A program made the position numbers and the translations under genes. The notes beneath the pieces were generated by a model, which ran no database searches, had not been told where the DNA came from, and saw only the letters and a list, made by a program, of their open reading frames with translations. Of a stretch of 64,000 nucleotides of DNA, positions 62,340 to 64,000 are shown one piece after another (the first letter of the stretch is position 1; every line of letters begins with the position of its first letter). Source of the DNA: Phycisphaerales bacterium (GTDB taxonomy: Bacteria > Planctomycetota > Phycisphaerae > SM23-33); NCBI GenBank assembly GCA_018644725.1, contig JABGPZ010000069.1, positions 84,238-148,237 on the forward strand, in the 5' to 3' direction.

Positions 62340-63314
62340 TTAGCGTCGCTTGGGGGGGCTGGACTTGCGCGGGATGGTGCGGGCACCGGAGGCGTTCTTG
62401 GGGCCTCGCTTGTTCTTGGGGCGGCGCAGGTCGGGCTTTTTGGGTTTCGCGGCCTTGGCCAGGCGCTTGTTGGCGACGGCGGCGTTGGGGAACTCGCCGG
62501 GCTTGTACATGATGAACAGGTAGTTGAACCCGCGCAGGAAAAAGTTCCCCTCCTCGGCCGACTTGCGATAGTTGCCCATCTCCAGCGTCTTGTTGTGGCG
62601 CGTGACGGCGATGACGTCCACCGGCGCGAAGGCGTCGCACATCATCGCGAACAGCTCGAGGCCGATGGGGAAAAACCCCTTGCCCGTCTCGAACGAGTCG
62701 CTGACGTAGAGCCCCATGTAGCTGTCGGGTTTCAGGATGCGGTGGATGTCCTGCAGAACGTCGCCCATCGCGTCATAGTACCCTCCGTCGACGGCGGAGA
62801 GCTTGCCGATGCAGGCCGGGTCGTCGGAATATTCCAGGTGCGTCGAGTAGGGCGGATCAATGAACACGAAGTCGACGCTCTCGTCGCCCTGCGGCATGTT
62901 TCGCGAGTCGGCATAGGTAATGTCGCCGCGCTGGGGATCGACGTCAAAGCCGATGCCTTTTCGGCCGAGATCTTTGCACACGTCCAGCGTCGTACCCGAT
63001 CCGCAGCAGGGGTCAACGACCGTATCTCCTGGTTTGGTATAGCGTTGCAGCAGATTCCAGATGATGTAGCTCGGCGTCGCGCCGCGGTAGTTCGGGTCGC
63101 CCTGAAGCTCGTTGCCGTAGTGCTGGGAGGGGTAGTCCCACAGCGTGGTCGGCTGAATTGCCAGCGACGGCTTTTTCGCCCCGGCATGTGTATTGAACGG
63201 TTTTTTGCCGGGATAGGGTTTTCGCCCGCCCGAGTTGTGGGATTTTGCGGCGTGATTCGCCAGCGGATTGCGGCCGGGGCGATTGTTGCGGTTGGATTTT
63301 TTGTAGTCACTCAT
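62340..63314 (-). CDS. Site-specific DNA methyltransferase (N6-adenine/N4-cytosine, PF01555-like) with highly basic N- and C-terminal tails
   Basis: Motif I VVDPCCGSGTT precedes motif IV FIDPPYS. Tails KKSNRNNRPGRN… and …AKAAKPKKPDLRRPKNKRGPKNASGARTIPRKSSPPKRR. No restriction endonuclease is adjacent. Confidence 0.7.
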   Translation of the reverse strand: MSDYKKSNRNNRPGRNPLANHAAKSHNSGGRKPYPGKKPFNTHAGAKKPSLAIQPTTLWDYPSQHYGNELQGDPNYRGATPSYIIWNLLQRYTKPGDTVVDPCCGSGTTLDVCKDLGRKGIGFDVDPQRGDITYADSRNMPQGDESVDFVFIDPPYSTHLEYSDDPACIGKLSAVDGGYYDAMGDVLQDIHRILKPDSYMGLYVSDSFETGKGFFPIGLELFAMMCDAFAPVDVIAVTRHNKTLEMGNYRKSAEEGNFFLRGFNYLFIMYKPGEFPNAAVANKRLAKAAKPKKPDLRRPKNKRGPKNASGARTIPRKSSPPKRR

Positions 63315-63439
63315 GGCCCTATCGTAGCAGAACCACGCAAAAAACGCACGATTTTTCATTTTTTGCGAACGGATTTGCCCCTCGGACGACTAAACTTATA
63401 TGGAACTTCCCCGACATGCATCTATATAAGGAGATCGCG

Positions 63440-64000
63440 ATGAAACGACTGATGATGGTAGCGGTATTGCTGGCGATGGCCAGCCCGTCGATGGCGGCAC
63501 TGTGTAAGAAATGCAACGGTCAGCCCACGATTATGAGCATCGGCCAATGTACGGCCTGCAAAGGCCACACCTCCAGCGGCGCGAACAAGCTCTGTCCTAA
63601 GTGCAGCGTCAAGCAGGGCAAGTGTGAACGCTGCCTCGTAGCGCTCAAGCCCGCGAAGAACCCCGCGCCCAAGCCCGCGCCAGGGATCGCGGCCGGCGGT
63701 GGCTGCGTCCAGCCTCCCAAGCTGCCCGCCAAACCCGCGCCGTTCAAAAAGCAGTCCTGGGGTGAGTACAGCAAGGACCGCGCGCCGATGGCCAAGGTCA
63801 AAACGCTCCTCGGCGGTAACGATTTTATCGCCGACGCGGAAACGTTTGCGAAGGTGTGGAAGGCGCTGAATGGCAAAAAGGCCGCGCCGAAGATCGAATG
63901 GAAGAGCGAACTCGTACTCTATTTCAGCGTGATTGCGAATAACCGCCTGCGGCCGTTCGTGAAGAACACCAAGGGCGCTGTGCAAGCGAGAGCGATGTCG
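63440..64000 (+). CDS. Secreted Cys-rich protein, 5' part (ORF runs off window end)
   Basis: AAGGAG RBS, signal peptide MKRLMMVAVLLAMASPSMAA, then CKKC…CTAC…CPKC…CERC, then a Pro/Ala/Lys linker. No stop before nt 64000. Confidence 0.5.
   Translation, partial: MKRLMMVAVLLAMASPSMAALCKKCNGQPTIMSIGQCTACKGHTSSGANKLCPKCSVKQGKCERCLVALKPAKNPAPKPAPGIAAGGGCVQPPKLPAKPAPFKKQSWGEYSKDRAPMAKVKTLLGGNDFIADAETFAKVWKALNGKKAAPKIEWKSELVLYFSVIANNRLRPFVKNTKGAVQARAMS

Overview
This is a 64 kb, high-GC (about 60%) chromosomal window, most likely from a Planctomycetota-type genome. The call rests on TAT-signal sulfatase and Gfo/Idh/MocA genes, very long rpoB/rpoC, lysine-rich tails on housekeeping proteins, and frequent 1-4 nt overlaps between adjacent genes. 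The core is the conserved block tRNA-Thr-tuf-rpmG-tRNA-Trp-secE-nusG-rplKAJL-rpoBC-rpsLG. Housekeeping genes flank it on both sides: MTHFS, L,D-transpeptidase, aspA, a HydF-like GTPase, murD, LarE, archaemetzincin, accBC, PPi-PFK, glnS, gltX, surE and ymdB. There are three tRNAs (Thr-GGT, Trp-CCA, Val-CAC), several clean intrinsic terminators and a consensus sigma70 promoter. No rRNA, CRISPR array, integrase or transposase was found.

The most interesting observations are:
1. A 1.5 kb low-GC island inserted after murD, carrying an unknown-domain::GIY-YIG nuclease fusion and a Cys-rich zinc-ribbon protein. This is a candidate uncharacterised defence or selfish module.
2. A conserved 55-bp element with an embedded palindrome and a uORF-like reading frame, found upstream of both the sulfatase gene and an MBOAT/SGNH O-acylation operon.
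3. A glycan locus combining a DegT aminotransferase, a PglC-like transferase, a NeuD/PglD-like acyltransferase and a dedicated KASIII-ACP-SDR trio, which predicts an N-(3-hydroxyacyl) amino sugar.
4. An orphan HydF homologue with no hydrogenase genes in the window.
5. A structured AT-rich intergenic region (343-840) holding a 3 x 46-bp tandem repeat, plus a related GC-rich REP-like hairpin copy at 10673.

Many long ORFs in the supplied track are antisense shadow ORFs of real GC-rich genes and were discarded. Two small genes below the track's 60-aa cutoff (rpmG and a hemP-like ORF) were recovered by reading the sequence.
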